DNA of 63,986 bases, counting the filler, from Basidioascus undulatus (lineage: Eukaryota), in NCBI GenBank assembly GCA_000826855.1. It is 5 parts of 5 records of this genome, joined end to end, with 100 filler letters (N's around TTAATTAATTAA, not from the genome) between each part and the next. Parts side by side here need not be neighbours in the genome. Positions count along the whole stretch, not along the records: positions 1 to 12,988 come from JTLS01000855.1; positions 13,089 to 26,052 come from JTLS01000856.1; 3 more parts are not named here. One strand, given 5' to 3'. Below are positions 1 to 13,325 of this stretch, piece after piece. Both the position numbers and the translations under genes were made by a program. Position 1 is the first letter of the stretch. Every line of letters begins with the position of its first letter. The notes beneath the pieces were generated by a model that ran no database searches, was not told the origin of the DNA, and saw only the letters and a program-made list of their open reading frames with translations.

Positions 1-170
1 TTGGCTTAGATCAAGTGTAGTATCTGTTCTTTCAAGTTTGACAACTTGAACGAGGTCCTTGACCTCATCATTGTCATCTTTATTTTTGCGCGCGGCCGCC
101 CCCGTCCCTGCTTGCATACGGAGGCGGCGAGATGGCCTTGGGTTGCACTGCTCCGCGTGCCGTCAACGCT
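1..170 (+). ncRNA. U2: U2 spliceosomal snRNA (5' end truncated by window/contig start)
   Basis: TTGGCTTAGATCAAGTGTAGTATCTGTTCTT matches the conserved U2 5' region, with branch-point recognition GTAGTA at 17-22. Stem IIa TTCAAGTT/AACTTGAA at 31-50, whose loop is complementary to TGTCA at 72-76. Stem IIb at 52-66, Sm site ATTTTTG at 82-88, stem-IV loop TTGCAC at 143-148. Confidence 0.96.
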
Positions 171-3100
171 TCTTGATATTGTTGTGTATTAATGTAACCC
201 TAACCCTAGAGTGATAATATGTACAGACAGGTGACTGCACAAGACTGCAATTGCTGCAACGGAAAAAGGCCGTGCTATGGCACATCCAGGCAAATTGTCC
301 AGGCTTGACGGTGCAAAGTTCCAACATACGGGTCATGAATCCTGCGGTAAGCCTCATTGCCATTGAATTTATGAATGTCAAGTACTCTTGTGAAGCGCAC
401 GCAGTCTTACAGGTCATGGGCCCGTCGCTAACATCCCTCATAAACAGGCCTGGGGCTACCTAGTGCTCAAACTTCCCTTACACTGCGGGGCTTTTGGCGC
501 GCTCGGGCCTGTTTTTTTCCGTGAATAATCCTCAAGCAGTCGACTTCGAGCGAGAGGCAAGAAACTGCCTTGGTCTGCTTGCTGAGCACGGGTCGCTCGG
601 CACTATTACATTGGGCCCGGGGATTTTGGCAGCCATGCCCCGATTATGAGGTCAGTGAAGCCTTCAAGTTCCATCACCACTTGCAGTGGAAGATCAGAGT
701 ATAGTATACATGTTCTCATCGTCAAATACCGAGGTGTACTCGCAACGGCACAACGCTGGATAATTCATGTCAACTATTTAAGCACGGTCAAGTAGCCATG
801 CCTATAAATGTCGTCTGATTCATAATCAAAGCACGTCGGTTCCGAGAAGAACATCTGAAATAGGGGAAGGCTGCATAGTCGTACGTGGTTCGCAGTGGTA
901 ACGATGGCCTCGGGTCCGCTAACAGCTAGGCTCTCGACCGTTGAAGAGGCCCGCTTCCCCAGTCTGTTGCTTTGCCCTGCTTTCAATAAAAAATGCATCA
1001 GAGTCTGTACCAATGGAAAGCTGTGAAGGGCTCCAGAAGGCTCCAATTCCTTGGACTCACCGGAGCTTGCGGCACCATGCGTGCACGCACCATGTTGCAG
1101 AGCATGATCTTGCTAGCCTGCGGCAGGTTGGTGCCCCAAGACAGGCGATTTTGGGCAAGCCTAAACAGTCATAAATGTATAGCGGGATCAATTGCCACAC
1201 TCGGACACTCCAGCAAGCAGGGAATGTGGGTGGTTCCACGTACACTTTCCGCACTCCGTAGCGTTCTCTTCCACCTCCCCAGCCACTGAGCATTCTTGTC
1301 TGGTTTTAAAAAATCAGATTGTGTTTGCTATGTACGAGATTGTTTGTGCCTATGTACGAAGAACGGCCAGACTGGCCCTCACTGCAGCCACCTTCACCTC
1401 TTCTGGTAAACGACCCTTCCCCGCTTACCTACTGGCACGCCTGCATCCATAGGCCTTGCAGCTGATGTACTCAACCCGTCCACGTTCCCTTCTTTCCCCA
1501 CACACGTAATGTTGCCTACCGTGACGTATACAGTGACTCATCACACCATTCCTCCCTGTAAGCACGTAGCTTCGCGGTGCGCAACCTCTTTCGCCCTGTG
1601 TATGCCTCCAGCCTCCTCAATAACAGTCGGCCCTGCTACTATTGTGCCATTCATTGCAGGACGGCTTCTCATCTGATTGGACCATCTAATAACAGAAGCA
1701 CTTAAGGACTTGAGACGCGAACTGAAAACAAGGGGTAAGGGCGGCGGGGTTCCCTCTGTACCCTGCCCTCTCCACGCGTCCCCGCACGGCTGCAGTGGAT
1801 TCTTCTTCGACTCTGTGCGTCCTCGAAGATAGACCGCTTTTGTGCACAACTGCCTTGAAATTCTTCAGCTTTTTCAATCTCTGTGAGTCACTTTCTGAAG
1901 TGAGCCAAGCGTTTTAGTTCTGGACCTGCACGCTTTTGGTATATCCTCGACGGCTGGCACTGCCTTGTTCGGCAGACTTTGTTTTGTGCCGGGAACATAT
2001 AAAAACTACCTCAGCCGAACCTCAAGAGCCTCAAGTGATGGGTATGAAATCAATTTCTGGCCCATCTGTCCTTCCTGAGCATTCAAAATGTTGATCAGGC
2101 GTGACATGATGGAAAATGTTGACGTGTCAGTAGCGCTTCCTATCAGCTCAAAGTCGACTGACATCCCCCCATGTCATGGCACTCTCCCTCCAAAGCCGTT
2201 TCTGTGCGAAATAACCTTCCCCCATCAAAGAATGAGTGAGTATCAATCACCCAATCCTCAACTGGACCCCAACTTGCCCATAGACGGAAGATGTGATGCG
2301 GTCTTTGCCAAGTCACAAAGACCACGTACAGCTGCGAGCTAGCCGGGCACGTGTCAGGTTGCGAATATTCTACTGCGTAAAGCCTCCGCCCCGTTTTCAG
2401 GTGGCTGTCCCATAGATCGAACCGGACAGTGGAAGGGGGTAGGTGATGTAAAGGTTACGGCTTACAAGGTGATATGTGAGAAGAGCGGTAAGGGTGTGGC
2501 TGAAGAAAGCTGAAGGGAAGGTGAGAGATGGTCAGGAGGATGACAGAATTTTGTATGAGCTGTCTCAAAAATTTGGTGAGGATTGGCGCGAGAAGATTAG
2601 AGGAGAGAGGAGAAAAGGAGAGGAACAGCGCAGTCATCGGGTCCAGCCAGGCACACCCAGAAGACTATTGCCAGTGTGACACCACCAACACCCCCTTGAA
2701 GCTAGAGCCTTCTCCAAATTTTGGAAGCACAGAAGGGTTGAGGTTCAGGAGGGCTGTCAGAGTATAGGAGGGACCGGGCGGGGGGTGGGAGGGAAGGCGA
2801 CGTTCCGCAAGTGTTTGGTAAGTACATCCTTTCTTGGACACCGAGCACTCTTCCATTTGCACAGTATTCTGAGCCTTCCGCCCCGATTCTCCGTGCTTCT
2901 GCGCACGGGCTAACTACTCATGGTAGTAGAATACGAAGACTGGCAAGATCAGTGATATGCGCAGTCGATCGCGAGTTAAGTGTGCCCAGGTGCCAGTTCA
3001 ATAATAACGCGTCGCATTTGTCTCTGTACCTGTTTGTGCCTCGATCTTGGCGAGCTGGTGTGACTCGTTGGGTCGTTGAGGACGCCACTGTGTTCAAAGC

Positions 3101-3937
3101 CCACGATACATGCGCCTGTTCGCCAGACTTTCGATATCTTGAACGAAAGGGCGAGCAGCTGCTCGTTTGCTGTTAAGGAATGGAAGAACGGTGCCAGTGC
3201 GAGGTGTGAACGTGTGGGCCGGAGGTGCACTTGGCGCGGCTGTCGAGTTGCCGGCGTTCGTTGCGTGATCCTCGTTGGACCCAATTGATCGATACCGCAT
3301 CGGTGATTACTTCACCGGCACCTGCAAAGATCTGCAGCACCTGACCCGACCCAAAAGCTGCCCGGGAGCTATCGGCGGAGTTTGTGTAGGCCGCATTCAG
3401 TTCAGTGTTGTCGTGTGAGCGGTCTTTCACGTTCTCTTCAGCAGTAGCATTGCTGGTGTCCCTTGTCCGAGGTCATTGTATTTTTAGGCGGGCAGGTAAG
3501 CGCACGGACCACTTAGCAGCGTCAGCTCCAAATATGCTCTCTAGAAGTCCCGCCGGTCGGTTCCCGACGGTGAGGTTTCGAGACAACGTTCAGCGTTACT
3601 AGCGCCCTTATTCGACGGACCACCGCCTCCACTTTGCTCCCATTTGCCATGCAGGCAGTGTACGTATCAAGCTGTCAAGGCTGCACCCTGAATTGCGCCT
3701 TAGCGACTTTCGGTTCGGTTCATACACGAACGATGAGCACGAGGGTCTACAGACCGGACGAGTGCAACCATTTCTGCTGGTGTGGTGCTTGCCGATCGGT
3801 TGCCTCCATCACGACTTTTCATCCCCTTTCTTGCGGCCTGGCCGCCCTCTTGCTCTTCTACCATACTCTGATTCCTTTCCACGACAAAGCGACGACCTGC
3901 ACACATACAACTCGTAAGATCTGCAGGTTACCGGAGC

Positions 3938-5764
3938 ATGGCGTCCGGGGACGACGAGCTCGCCGGACTACTCGGTCTGCCGCCGGTTCCGCCGCTACCG
4001 CATGTCATCGCCTTTTTCACTCTGCACCTGTCCACGCTCCCTCTCCTCGGTGTCTTGCTTGGGACCACGTTCTGGTCCAAGCGAATCCATCGCCATGCGA
4101 CCAGCCCATCCTTCTACCTCGCCATGATCGTTGCGTCCGTGTTCGACGCACTGCTCCTGCTTGGCGGGCATCCCAGGACTCTCATCCCGCCTGAGCGGCT
4201 GCGTATCGCGAGTGCTGCAGGAGCGATCGGTGCACCTCTTCTGCAGGGAGGCGTAACGCTTGCATTGGTTCTCAAGGTACGTCCTCTGCGCCCATCTTCT
4301 GCGAGCGATCACTGTCAATGCTAAGGGGGACGGACGGCCTTGAACAGATCTGGTCGGTTGTCGTCTCGGTTGCTGCCCCCGGACGCCCCACCCATTTAGC
4401 CACTTGCTTTACAAACACGGCATTTGTGAGATATCCTTTTATTCACCCCGGACATGCGCACCCCTTCTGATGGTAGCGATCAGCTTCTCGCATTCCCTTG
4501 GCTCTCTGCGGCTGCAGTCACCGGCTATACCCTTTGGGTGAGCTATGGCTGTATTCATTGATATAACGCGTACTCTTCATGACCCTTCTACCAATTCTCA
4601 GTACGGTATCACCCATCCGGCCGACATAATCCGTGCAGGATTCTACTGCACAGGTGCGCCATTTGACACAGCCTGCCGAAACCACATCGCTGAGCGGAAG
4701 TCTGCAGTCAATCCCAACGTGAACCCCATGTCTGTTCTTTATTTGAGGTATTGATTGACTGTTTTAGGCGAGTTTGCTGACATTGTGCTGTAACAGACAT
4801 AGCATTGTAGTAATCATCTCCATCGTCTATCTCGCGCTGGCCATCGTCCTCTCCATCTGGTCCTTCTGGCTCTTCCGACGGAACTGGGCCGGCATGATCC
4901 GGAGTAAGACCGAAGTCAACATTGACACCAGTGAGTATATCTCAGTTTCTAAAACCGTTATACGCACTGCGTCGACTGATCCATTATCTGCTGGGCAGTC
5001 TTCCGGGTGCTCACTTTCTCACTGTGCGCTTGCCCGTGTCGCCTTCAACCATCGGGGTGCTTGGCGCTGATGACCTGATCATTTTTCAGTTGGGTTATCT
5101 TGGCGCTTGGGTACGCCAACTGACCCTTACGAAAATTGTCGGCTTGACTGACGTCCTGCCCATAGTGTCCTGTCGTACGAGTACGCCACCGACACGGTGC
5201 ACCCTCCAGCACTCATCATTATCGCTACCATTGTGAGTATAGATTCTGAAGTCACAAAGGTAAAGATTAGGTCTAACAACCACGTCTGTCCTTCTTTCAG
5301 GGCCCTGTGGTGTTCGCCATCTTCGCTAGCCAGCGGGTAAGTTTTGCATCCTTCTCTGCATCCCCTTCGCAACCCGTCGCTGAGTGCTCCGCAATCTCGA
5401 GGACATCTTGCGTGTATGGGGCGTCCCCGGGCGTTACGTCGGCTCGGGCTTCAGCCCCACAAGCGACCACGCCCACACCGGCACGGGACAGACTTCCGTC
5501 AAGCCGCTCAGTCGTGGCAAGATGGCCAGTTTCGAGCTCGATGACGGCCTTTCCGACACCCGGAGTGCCAAAACGGGCCAGAGCGGGGCGGTGTACACGT
5601 CGGAGGGACAAGTCTTCGAGATCGTTACTGTACAAAACCCTGGCATCGGTGATGATGAGGTTCCGGTCGACACGGTCGCTGGCGAGCTGGGGGTGAGGTC
5701 CGCGGAGGGGCGGGAGCCCCTGCCGCACGCGCGAGATTCGGGCATGCCTTTTGTGGAGTATTAG
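3938..5764 (+). CDS. Multi-exon orphan multi-pass (probably 7TM, GPCR-like) membrane protein
   Basis: ATG at 3938. Successive hydrophobic exons (VIAFFTLHLSTLPLLGVLLGTTFWS; FYLAMIVASVFDALLLL; IVVIISIVYLALAIVLSIWSFWLF; GPVVFAIFASQR|DILRVWG) are separated by GT..AG introns. A hydrophilic C-tail ends at stop 5764. The last intron appears to use a rare GAG acceptor (5399-5401). Confidence 0.7.
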
Positions 5765-6020
5765 TACAATTGTAAAGTGTATTAATTTTTGACAAGTTCA
5801 GTGTCTGCAAATATCGTGTGTTGCGGGAAACCTTCTGACCAAGGCGTCCAACCCTGACAAGTGCCCACACTGCAGGGAGGAGTGGCTCAAACGCCCACAG
5901 AACGACTACGATCGACATGCAGCCACAAACTTGTAGCAGTAAAAGATGTCTATAATATCTATATGTTCGTGATGCTCGGGACGCACGGGCAAGAGTCGCG
6001 CAATTCCCTGCTACCCGGTC

Positions 6021-9000
6021 TCATTCCACCCTCCCACGCTTCCTCGGGCCCTCGCCTGACTCGCCAGCGACGCCGCCCGCATGCGCCCCCTCACTCTCCT
6101 CAGCCTGCGTCTCCGCCATCCCAGACCGCTTCTTCCCTGCAACCAACGTGCCGACCTCCTCTGTCGGCGGCTCGTCGCCCTGCGCTTCCACGAATCCTCC
6201 GCTCTCGCCCCCAGCGAACAAGTCCCCCAGGTCGCCGGTACCCCCGAACGCCGCCGCTCCGCTTGCCAGATGTGCCTGCGCCGACGCCGGTGGGGCGGGA
6301 GCGAGCGCAGGCGCACGCTGCTTCACTGGGCTGCTCCCGGTGCTCGCGTTGCCGTGCGCATACTCGAGGCCGACAGTGAGCGCGTCGTTGGTGCTCGAGA
6401 ACCGCTGGAAAGAACGCGATGCGTGTGCGCGCGGCGTGGACGACGTTGACGCCGCCATCGCCGGCGGCTTCATGGGCATGCTTTGCGCGCTCTTGTGGAC
6501 GTGATCTGTCCCGACGGTAAGCGCTTCGTTGAAGCTCGCAGCCTTCGACAGTGTACGGCGCTGCTGGCGCTGCTGCTGCTCTGCGTGAGGCGTCGGGCCC
6601 GTTCGCTCGTTGTTGTCGGGTGAGTTGGGCGCCGGTGCCTGGCAGGGCGACGAGGCCGTCGGGGCAAATCGGTTTGGCTCGCCGAGCTTCTCGCGCGCGG
6701 CGCGGAACGCGTGCTGAACGGCGCCGAACTGATAGTTGAGTCGAGAGAGAAAGTCAGCTTGCGGCCACGAACAGATGCAGAAGCCGAATGGCGAACCTTG
6801 GAGGGGTCTGAAGGTGGAAATGGTGGTCAGTCATTCTGCTGGACACATGCAAGCCACATGGACATAGTAGGCGCACCCCTCGTAAAGCACCGAAGCCAGA
6901 TCTCCTCGAAGCATTCCGGACGGGAGTAGCTCCACTGGTCCGGACGCATCAAGAAGCTCTCTGTTACAACAGAGCCATCATGTGAGCATGCCATCTTTTC
7001 CCCTTGCGACGGGCCTACGAATCGAGGGCAACGATTGGACTTCATACGCACGGTTCGGCCCACCGCCTTGCTTGCTCCAGAACTTGACCTTGCTCGCAGG
7101 GTCCACCTTGCCCATGCCGTGGTGGATCTTGGTCCTGCAGCGCGACACAAAGCCCCATACCCGCTCATTTAGCCGAGCCGTTGACCAGCAAAGCCGGGCC
7201 GCAGGCGACGAACGTACCAGTCAACGATGATGTCATTCTCGTCGAGCGGCTTGCCATCCACCGCACAGCTCGCAATGAATGCGGGCGTCAGTGCGTCTCG
7301 GTACTCCTTGCTGATGTCCTCGGACGGGTACGTCGAGTAGTCGACGCAGCGGTACAAGTCGCGCCGCGAGAGTCTGCGCAGGAGCGCACGCGCCTCTGAG
7401 AGTTCCTGAGATGTGCAGCATACCAGGGCAAAAAAGTGAGAAGAGGGAAGAGACGTAGAGAAGGCCAGAAGGCGCACGGGTAAGATCGAGCGCTGAATGT
7501 CCTCGACGACAGAGTCCGTCAAGTACAGGTACTGCTCTGGATCGTCGATTTTGGAAGAAATGCCGAGGTGCTTGTCGGCCGCGATCAACGCGTCGACGAT
7601 CATGTACTCGATTGCCTTGGCTGTCGTCCGTGCCCGCCTGTTGGTCAGAATGCTTCCCAAGTCCCAAGACGTAAGGCTGCGAGGAAACGCACAGGCTTTG
7701 TGGGTATAAATCCGCCTGTGAAGGGACCACCGCGTGTGGAAAAGTTCCGCGATGTTGACCACCTGCAATCCACAGCATATTCCAAGTCAGAACGGCGGTG
7801 GCACGTAGTAGCATTTGCGGCAAGCTCGAGAACATGGCACTCGAACCTCTTTGTGGTCATAGCAAATGTCATCGCCGACCACGCGCACAGACTGGAGGAT
7901 GCGCGTCGTGTCGTGCGTGGAGTTGATGCCAAGGTTGCGAGTCTGTGAGTGGTCCTCGCCCGTCAGTAATCCAGACTGTTCGCCAGAGTGGCTGGGAGAT
8001 GGGGAGTGAAAATGCGAACGTCGCGGGCGATGTACTGTCATACGTTGACTGAAATCAATATCCTTTTGGCATGGGGAAAAGAAATACGCAAGGAAATGGT
8101 AGGGAGGGTCAGGGACATACGTCAAACTTGTCCACGTCCAAGCCTGACACCGCGTTCGCGACGATCTGGAACAAGAACATCTTCTCAATCCTGCACTCAC
8201 CGCATTCGGACAGCACATATTGTCAGTCTACCTCATTTGGTTCAAATTGGGCATCTTCCCGCGACGCACCTGGTAGTGCCTTCCCGAGGCTTGCCCCGGA
8301 TCAAGTCCTGGATGAACTCGATTTCGTCATCTGCAACAAGGCGTTCGCCGCGCTCCGCAAGCTCCTTGAACAGCGCAGCGAGCATCATCTCGCTCGCTTC
8401 CTCGTGCGACCATTTCTTGTCAGGACGCGCGCGAGGAATGAGAGTGTTGTCGAACACCTGCAAGGCGAAGCGATTGAAGGGTTGAGGACCGGAGGGAAGA
8501 CGGAGAGAACGAGGGCGCAGAGGTAGAAGGAGCACGGACGTGGGAGAAAGGCCCATGCCCAAGGTCGTGGCAGAGACCAGCGACTGTCAGGCAAGGGCGT
8601 GAGCAGAGCTAGGGCGCGGAGCATGGCAGGGTGCGTACGGGTCACGCAGCGCACGTCGCGGGCAGTAATCTTCCGCTCGGGGTGGCGCTCCCGGAGGAGT
8701 TTGACGACCTGGGAAGCAAGGTGTGCGGTGCCTAGAAAAGGCCTCAGGCCGAGCTTCGTCAGCTGGGACGCGCTGAAGGAGGATACCGAGAAATGAAGGA
8801 GCGCACCGATAGAGTGTTCAAACCTGTTGTGCGTCGCGCCCGGGAAGACGTAGTAGGACGATCCGAGCTGCTTGAGATTACGAAGACGCTGGAACTGGGG
8901 CGTGTCGATGACTTTGAAGCAGATGGGGTCTGTGACCGCCCGACGCCCAGCCATGGCGCGCCTTCTCAGCTAACCGATGCTCATTCTCGTAGACACCGAG

Positions 9001-9195
9001 AATCCCTTCTGCTCATTCAAGACGCACCAAGCTCAATGTATCCGTGTACCTTGAGATGTAGCATCGCGAGTCAGGACCTCGGGTCTACCGCGAAATTAGC
9101 AACGCGCTACGCACAGGATCGTTGATCTTCCTCAAATTGTAGTGCTCGGTCAAGGGGAGGACGTCATGCTCCTCGTCCTCCTGCGAATGCGACAT
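6021..9195 (-). CDS. SAMHD1-like HD-domain dNTP triphosphohydrolase (multi-exon)
   Basis: Exons encode [60 protein letters not shown] (HD motif), [23 protein letters not shown] and YLTD..RRDLY, followed by a low-complexity C-tail. ATG at 9195. Confidence 0.9.
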
Positions 9196-10349
9196 TAGCC
9201 AGCAAAAATCTAGTTTGGGCGCGGCGTGGGGAGTGTGTGTGTGTCAAGGAGAAGATGGGAGTGAGCAAGGAAGACGCGTCCAGGTAAGTTGGAGAGCACC
9301 GGCAAGGGCGCGCTTGATTTCTTTCTTCCTGTCAGATTGCTCACGTACAGCGGCTGACCTTTCCACCCAATCCTCTCGGACGGCATCTGCACAAAACTTC
9401 CTGTGGCAAAAGGCTTAGATTCTCAATAATAAAACGGGACTCACGTTGGAGAACGCCACTGCGACCCTGCCAGTGAACGTAAGAGCAACTACTGGTACCC
9501 GTGCCAGTCGTGGAGCAATGGCCGGCACCCGACGCAGTTTGAAGGCGCGCATCATGTTCAGAGATCCAGGCCTGGGAAGCAAAAGCTAAGGGCCAAAGAG
9601 GGCAGGCTGGAGTGTATGAGTCGCTCATGGTCTGAGGCCAACTTACGCGCAGGAGAGCGTGGCGGAAGAACGGGCGGAAGAACGGCCAAACAGTCTTTCG
9701 CAACAACTAGATTATTCTGCCCCACACTGCCAGAGCAGTTCATGATCAAGAGAGTACGATGGCTTTTAACAAGGTCTTCGAGCTGGCTGGAGAGAAGCGA
9801 AGAAGAGGCTACGAGCAGACAGATCCGTCACAGAGGCGATATGGGAGCGAACCTTGCGTGAATGGCAGCCAGTCAGAAGATGAGGGAGCATAGAAACAAT
9901 ATGGAGTTTACGAACAACACTTTATTCAATAGCGTCACTATAGTCACTTTACGACCCACTCTGCACTGGAGCTCTAAGTAATGCACCGTCCGCCAGGCTC
10001 ACAGCTCACGAGGCCACCAGCGTTATAGAAGCGTTGAACGGTGCTCTTCCACAATGGAAAAGGAGGTGCCGTGAGAATATAAGCAGGCGTGAATATTAGT
10101 ACTTACCAATGGCAGACGAAGGTATACCAATAGCCAAGAAATTCAGTCGCATAATTGCGCACAAGCTTGAGTATATGATGGGAACCCGTGGTTCATTTTG
10201 CACAAGCCCGATATTCTCTTTCCGTATTGTCACCCTGCCAACCCCCCGTTCCACCCACGTATAGACAATAGACCCTTCCAACTCAGAGGCATTCCTCGAT
10301 GTTGGCTGAAAGACGGAAGAGTGTCTCGGAAAGTCGCTGCACTTACCTG

Positions 10350-11750
10350 CTGTGCAAGCGTGACGTTCTTGTCCACCAAGAGCGCTTCGGTCACACCCCT
10401 GTACGTACAGTGCAGAGTCAGTAAGGGTCAGAGAGCAGCAATTATTGGAAGCAAATGAACTTTCGGGAATTGGATGCCCGTGTAGCCCGGCGCGTAAACG
10501 AGGTGATTGAACCACTCACGACCGGCGAGGCCCCCTTGCTCAGGAAATCGCGCTCGAACTTGTACAGCTTGACGCACAGCGCCTGTATGCGATGAAGGAG
10601 TTCTTCGGTGTGGGGGTGCCATTTTTTTGTTGTCCTTCACCTCGCTGCCCCTTGTTGACCTCCTTCATCAGCCGCGAGACCGCACGCATGACGGCGTCGA
10701 TGCCCTGCGAAATGGGCCCGATATCCACTGTGGTGCCATTTGAAGAAGCGATCTGCTGAAGGCTTTAGAAAAAATCATGTGAGCTGGAAACAAACTTCAC
10801 TTGAATATAAGCGAAACGCACTCTTCTCGGTAGCAAGCCAGAGCAACCATGTAGTCGGTGAGGTTAAGAGGAGGCTTATCTTGTTGGCAAGACGGAGGAG
10901 TACTAGACCTGCGACCTTGTGGAAAGTGCGACATGCTTGACTGGGCGGTGAGTAACATTCACATTTTTGACGTACCTTGTGGAAACCGGGATCACCCCAC
11001 TGGGCAACCCAAGTGTGACTGATACATGGAATGACTGGAAAGAGAAGTCATCAGCCAGACGTGTAGAATTGAAGGCAAGAGCGGCGATCGGGATCCTTAC
11101 TACTGGTACACCGCCTGCTTGGGTCCTTGGAACATGAAGTCGCTGCAAGCGACGCCGAGGTGGTCCATGAAAGCAGTGTCTGTCCAGTGCCAACAGAACC
11201 TTTGTCAAATCACTCCCGACTTCTCGAGCTTGCGCAATGTACAGTCTGATCCAGACCCGAGATTGATCAGCTCCGACTGCTCTTCGTCCCACACCGGCTT
11301 GCTCGAGTTGTCCGGATGCGGGATCTCGGAGGCTGCTCCGCAGATAACTTCGATGAGGGAAGGTGATGCGCCGCCGAAGATGCTGCCGCCTATGGTAGAT
11401 GAATATAGGTGGGTAGATAATCAGCATGATGGAGAATTAGAAAGTGGACTGCTGGATGATCTTACCGACGTTCAAGCAGACGACTGCATTCTGCTGAAGC
11501 CAGTCGGCGTGGTCTTCGGCGAACTCAGTTGAGCCTGCAGGTATGGTGAGATTCTTGAGGTACAACAGACAGCTTTCTTGCTCGTGGGAAGTACCGAGAA
11601 GCCCGTACTGTGGCCGAAGGCCATGTTTCAGCTTTACACAAACAAAAATTTGAAGACAGCAGCCACGCACCTCTTCGCCATTCCAAGAGGCAATCACAAT
11701 GGTTTGCAGAGGCCGCCAGCCTTTCTTCCAAGGCTTCCCAAGGCCCTTGG
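10350..11750 (-). pseudogene. 5'-truncated, decayed glutamate carboxypeptidase II / transferrin-receptor-like (M28) gene
   Basis: KKGWRPLQTIVIASWNGEE|YGLLG|STEFAEDHADWL..CLNV and the C-terminal GREWFNHLVYAPG are recognisable and still carry introns. The N-terminal part is absent and there are frameshifts near 10620-10650. Confidence 0.75.
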
Positions 11751-11762
11751 AGGCAGAACGCA

Positions 11763-11975
11763 CGAAAAGGACGACGTTCTCGAGCCCCACGCTGGCGCGA
11801 ACGAACTCGAGGTAGTCCTCCGCCTCAGCGTCCACGCTGTCGCCGACGACGAACTCGTGCGTGGATCACCTGTCGCCGAGCTGGACGAGTTCGCTCGCGT
11901 CCTGCACCGCAACCGCGAGGTAGGCCTTGCGCGCGAGGGGGCGCGCGCGGAAGGCGAGGACGTAGTCGCCGTTCT
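11763..11975 (-). pseudogene. Isolated exon of an unidentified gene abutting the M28 fragment
   Basis: cag|AAC GGC GAC TAC ... GTC CTT TTC|gtgcgt, with strong GC3 codon bias. It reads NGDYVLAFRARPLARKAYLAVAVQDASELVQLGDR*STHEFVVGDSVDAEAEDYLEFVRASVGLENVVLF with one in-frame TGA. Confidence 0.45.
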
Positions 11976-12988
11976 GGGCGGGGGGGGAGGTCGACGGCGT
12001 GGCGGGCGGAGGTGGCCTGGGCGGGGAAGAACAGAGGCCATGGAACTTCGCACGCCTCCCATTACACTTCTGATTCTGATTGCATTGACCGAGTCTTCAG
12101 TTGGATTCTGGACGTTTTGTAGGTGCGAAGGCGCAAGAAGAGCGCCTAATCCGCGAGCTTGCGATGTGATTGCGTTTTCCCCCTTCTTCCATTTCGTCCG
12201 GTGTGCGTCGTGTACGTCGCGGGAAACAAGCGCGGACGAGAGATCGCGCAGATGCAAAGGGGGAGACATGCAGTGTTTGGGAAAGCAAAATGGAGGACAC
12301 TGGCGTCCAGTAGGACGGGGAGACGCGCCAAGCGAGGACGAGGGGCGTGAGCTGTATGGCGTTCCGAGTGACGGGTGAAAGCGAAAGAGATCCGAGAAGC
12401 TGAACGAATCAGGGAGAGCCAGCGCGCGCTGTGGTCAGAAGCGTCGTCCGCGCGCTGAGATGAAGCCCGACACTTGCGAGGACGCGAAGGTATCCCTCGA
12501 GAGTCGCAGACTAAAGCCCTCCAGCTACCGGCACGACCGAATGATGAAGAGCGTCGTCAGCTCTCAGGGCGCAAAAGTTGATCGACCGACGCGCGCTCGA
12601 AGATGCGACGACAGGAGCTAGGCCAGATCATGCATGTGATATTCTCGCTCGGAGATGCGAAGACGAAGGAAGCCATTGTCACGGTACAAAGGAGCACAGT
12701 GCCGCAAATGGTGGGTGAGCGTAGGTATGGCGGATGGACATGGCGGCTTTGTGGGAGAGGCAGTGTGAGGGAGGCCCGGCCGCGTCTTCTCTGCTCCGGT
12801 CGCCTGTGCCTCACAAACCTGCGCGGGAACCTAGCCATTAGTCTCGGGAAGCAGAAGGAATGGCTGGACATGCAGAATGGTCGACGAAGACGAGAAAGCA
12901 GATGGAGACCCTGCGCGGACGGAGCAAGCAGAGCGTACGATGGGCAGGATGATCCATCGCAAATTTGAACCACCCTCCCCCCCCCCCC

Positions 12989-13088
12989 NNNNNNNNNNNN
13001 NNNNNNNNNNNNNNNNNNNNNNNNNNNNNNNNTTAATTAATTAANNNNNNNNNNNNNNNNNNNNNNNNNNNNNNNNNNNNNNNNNNNN
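12989..13088. other. Artificial contig-joining linker (N44-TTAATTAATTAA-N44)
   Basis: 100-nt spacer carrying a 12-mer with stops in all six frames. Identical to the other three linkers. Confidence 0.97.
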
Positions 13089-13325
13089 GTGGGGCTTGTG
13101 GTGAGGGGGGGGGGGGGGAAGAAGCGGGAGAGATGGGGGACCGGGGCGTGCAAGGGCCCCTCCCACCGTTGCGCCTGAGCGACCAGAACCAGAGCGAAAG
13201 GGGAGTGCGAGTTGTTGTTGGGGTGCGGAACTAAGATCGGCCTCGAGCGACTGCGCGAGGGAAGACAAGTCGCTGTCGTCCTCGGACCCGAACACGTCGT
13301 CGTCGTCGTCGCTGGCGGAAGGCAT
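13089..13325 (-). CDS. 5' end of an unidentified gene truncated by the contig end
   Basis: ATG at 13325, reading MPSASDDDDDVFGSEDDSDLSSLAQSLEADLSSAPQQQ... open to the gap. Divergent from PHO88. Confidence 0.55.

Noticed and set aside
195..209. TAACCCTAACCCTA telomere-like repeat just after U2
   Set aside because: Only about two units and internal. Not a telomere, and too short to assign a function.
200..3600. Possible degenerate transposon or gene remnants in the long gene-free region
   Set aside because: No recognisable transposase or RT motifs, TIRs or LTRs found by eye.
13033..13044. TTAATTAATTAA recurring every ~13 kb
   Set aside because: Synthetic six-frame-stop linker inside N runs, not biological periodicity.
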